Shown here: piece after piece, positions 62,001 to 64,000 of the stretch
Layout: each line of letters starts with the position of its first letter
Position numbering within the stretch: position 1 is the stretch's first letter
DNA from: Tubulanus polymorphus
Lineage: Eukaryota; Animalia; Nemertea
Assembly: GCF_964204645.1 (NCBI RefSeq)
Contig: NC_134030.1
Coordinates: 1,533,355-1,597,354, forward strand
DNA: 64,000 nt
Direction of reading: 5' to 3'
Notes under the pieces: model-generated
Database searches by the model: none
Seen by the model: only the letters and a program-made list of their open reading frames with translations
What the model was told of the DNA's origin: nothing
Program-made: the position numbers and the translations under genes

Positions 62001-64000
62001 AGATCGATTTTAAGGTGATTCAGAAGTTTAAATCTGATGTTTTAATCTCTGGGACTCAGATATTAAATCAATAGATTTTTACTGCTGAATGATCTTCATG
62101 TACAGATGAGCTACAATTGTTCCTAGTGTGTTCTGTTAAGACTGATTAAAGGGTGGAAAAACTTGACTCAAATTCAAATTGAGTCGAGTTTTTCCAAGAT
62201 AATCTCTGATCAAGATCGGCAGTTACCGGTATAATCCATAATTGTTGAACTTGATTGGTGATTTTCAAGATCTGTTTTAAGGTGATTCACAAGTTTAAAT
62301 CTAATGTTTTAATCTCTGGGTTCCAGATATTAAATCAATAGATTTTTACTGCTGAATGACCTTCGTGTTCAGATAAGCTACAATTGTTCCTAGTGTGTTC
62401 TGTTAAGAAAGGGTGGAAAAACTTGACCCAAATTCAAATTGAGTCGAGTTTTTCCAAGATAATCTCTGATCAAGATCGGCAGTTATAATCCATAATTGTT
62501 GAACTTGATTGGAGATTTTCGAGAACTGTTTTTAAGGTGATTCAGAAGTGTGAATCTGATGTTTTAATCTCTGGGTTTCAGAGATTAAATCAATAGGTTT
62601 TAACTTCTGAATCACTTCGGGTTTTGGTAAGTTAAAGTGTTTCCTATTGTAATCTGTTAAACTGATTAAAGGGTGGAAAAACTTGATTCAAATTAATAAT
62701 CTGAATCAAGTTTTCCAATGATAATCCGCGATCAAGTTCGGCAGTTATAATTCATAACTGTTGAACTCAATTCACAATTAAATGAACTGTTTTAAGGTGA
62801 TTCAGAAGTATAAATCTGATGTTTTAATCTCTGGGTTTCAGAGATTAAATCAATAGGCTTTACTTCTGAATCACTGTTAGGTTTTGATAAGTTGTAAGTT
62901 GTTCCTATTGTTTAATGAATTGGTAGAAATTCTATTTTTAGGTGACAGGTCAAATAGATTAGAACAGTAATTTATGCAGAGGTTGAATTAATTTAATGTT
63001 TGATATACCAAAGAATGGTTTATTGTGAAGATTTAATTAAAATCTTAAATAAAGAGTTGTTCAATTTCATAAATGTTTTGTTTTCGATGAAGTTTTTTCA
63101 TTTTCTGGATTTGAGGAATTTGACTTTAAACACATCGGTGGATTCAGCACAGTTCTGTGGACACAGTTTTGGGACCGAGACCTGGAGACACAGCTCAAGA
63201 CCCAGTTACAAGTTCAACTGGACTCCATCCCAAAAAACCCTGGGCCCTTCAAACCTTTAAGTAAGATGCTCACTTACAGATTCATAAAATTGACCCTTAT
63301 TATCTTGTCATCTGCAGCACCATCTCAGAGGCTTAAACCAAGAATTTCTTGTAATGTTCAACAAATGTGAATTACATTAAGTAATTTTTGAGATCGACTT
63401 ATTACCACCAGTATTGAGTTTTTTCTAAATCACAGTCTACTTATTTTATATTCATCCACGATTTCATAGCTCTTTAACTATTCAACCCTTTCCCTGATGG
63501 GCCCTGGCCCCAATTGCTGAACCCAGTTCTCCAAGTCTAACTTCTGGGTTTAATGGTTTATCAGAGAATTAATGGATTAATTGGAAATAATCTAACAATC
63601 AATAAAGTTTAAAAATAATTATTTGACATATCGTAATTGATTTTGTTCGCCACAACGCCTTTCTCATCAGGATTATAGCATTTTACTTTCTATGGGTTTT
63701 TAAAGGTAAGTTTTCAAAGGAAAGACAGAATGTCCGAATATACGTCCGGATCCGCCTTTATATGCCTCATTCCGATTCTGCTCATTTGCATATATTTTCA
63801 GCAAGTGGAAATTCCCCGAATTCCAAGATGGCGGCGACCATGATATATTAAATAGCAACTATTTTGGGCCAAATCAACGCTTTCTCAAGCTCAATATGAG
63901 ATTTCCCGAGCGCAAATGTAACTTAAAAAGAAAATAATCCTGTTGGTTAGTTATATTTTTGATAATTAAATTTATTTGCAAAGTTAAAGTGAAGTTCCAA

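Larger units (their letters stand above)
34055..63609 (+). repeat. Segmental tandem duplication, copy B
   Basis: Collinear and near-identical to 1-32272 apart from repeat copy-number changes and one ~1.1 kb insertion; similarity stops abruptly after 63609. Confidence 0.97.

Overview
AT-rich eukaryotic (animal-like) genomic DNA with GT-AG introns, minisatellites and transposon debris. No prokaryotic operons, rRNA, tRNA or CRISPR were seen. The window is essentially two head-to-tail, near-identical copies of a >32 kb segment: position 1 equals 34055, and homology ends at 32272 / 63609. Each copy carries a spliced gene that the ORF track misses: 9 coding exons, 7 of them only 27-84 nt, joining in frame into a 340 aa (copy A) or 338 aa (copy B) low-complexity protein rich in S/T-P sites and basic clusters, with no family I recognise. 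Differences between the copies cluster inside exons and are mostly synonymous, while adjacent intron DNA is often identical. Inverted, more diverged pieces of the same gene lie at the junction (32273-33600) and at about 23145-23310. The largest intron holds a decayed DIRS-type retroelement with nested DNA transposons and satellites. There are about 12 tandem-repeat families, many differing in copy number between the two segments, including a ~266-bp array whose unit is a complete exon plus intron. All alignments and counts were done by eye.
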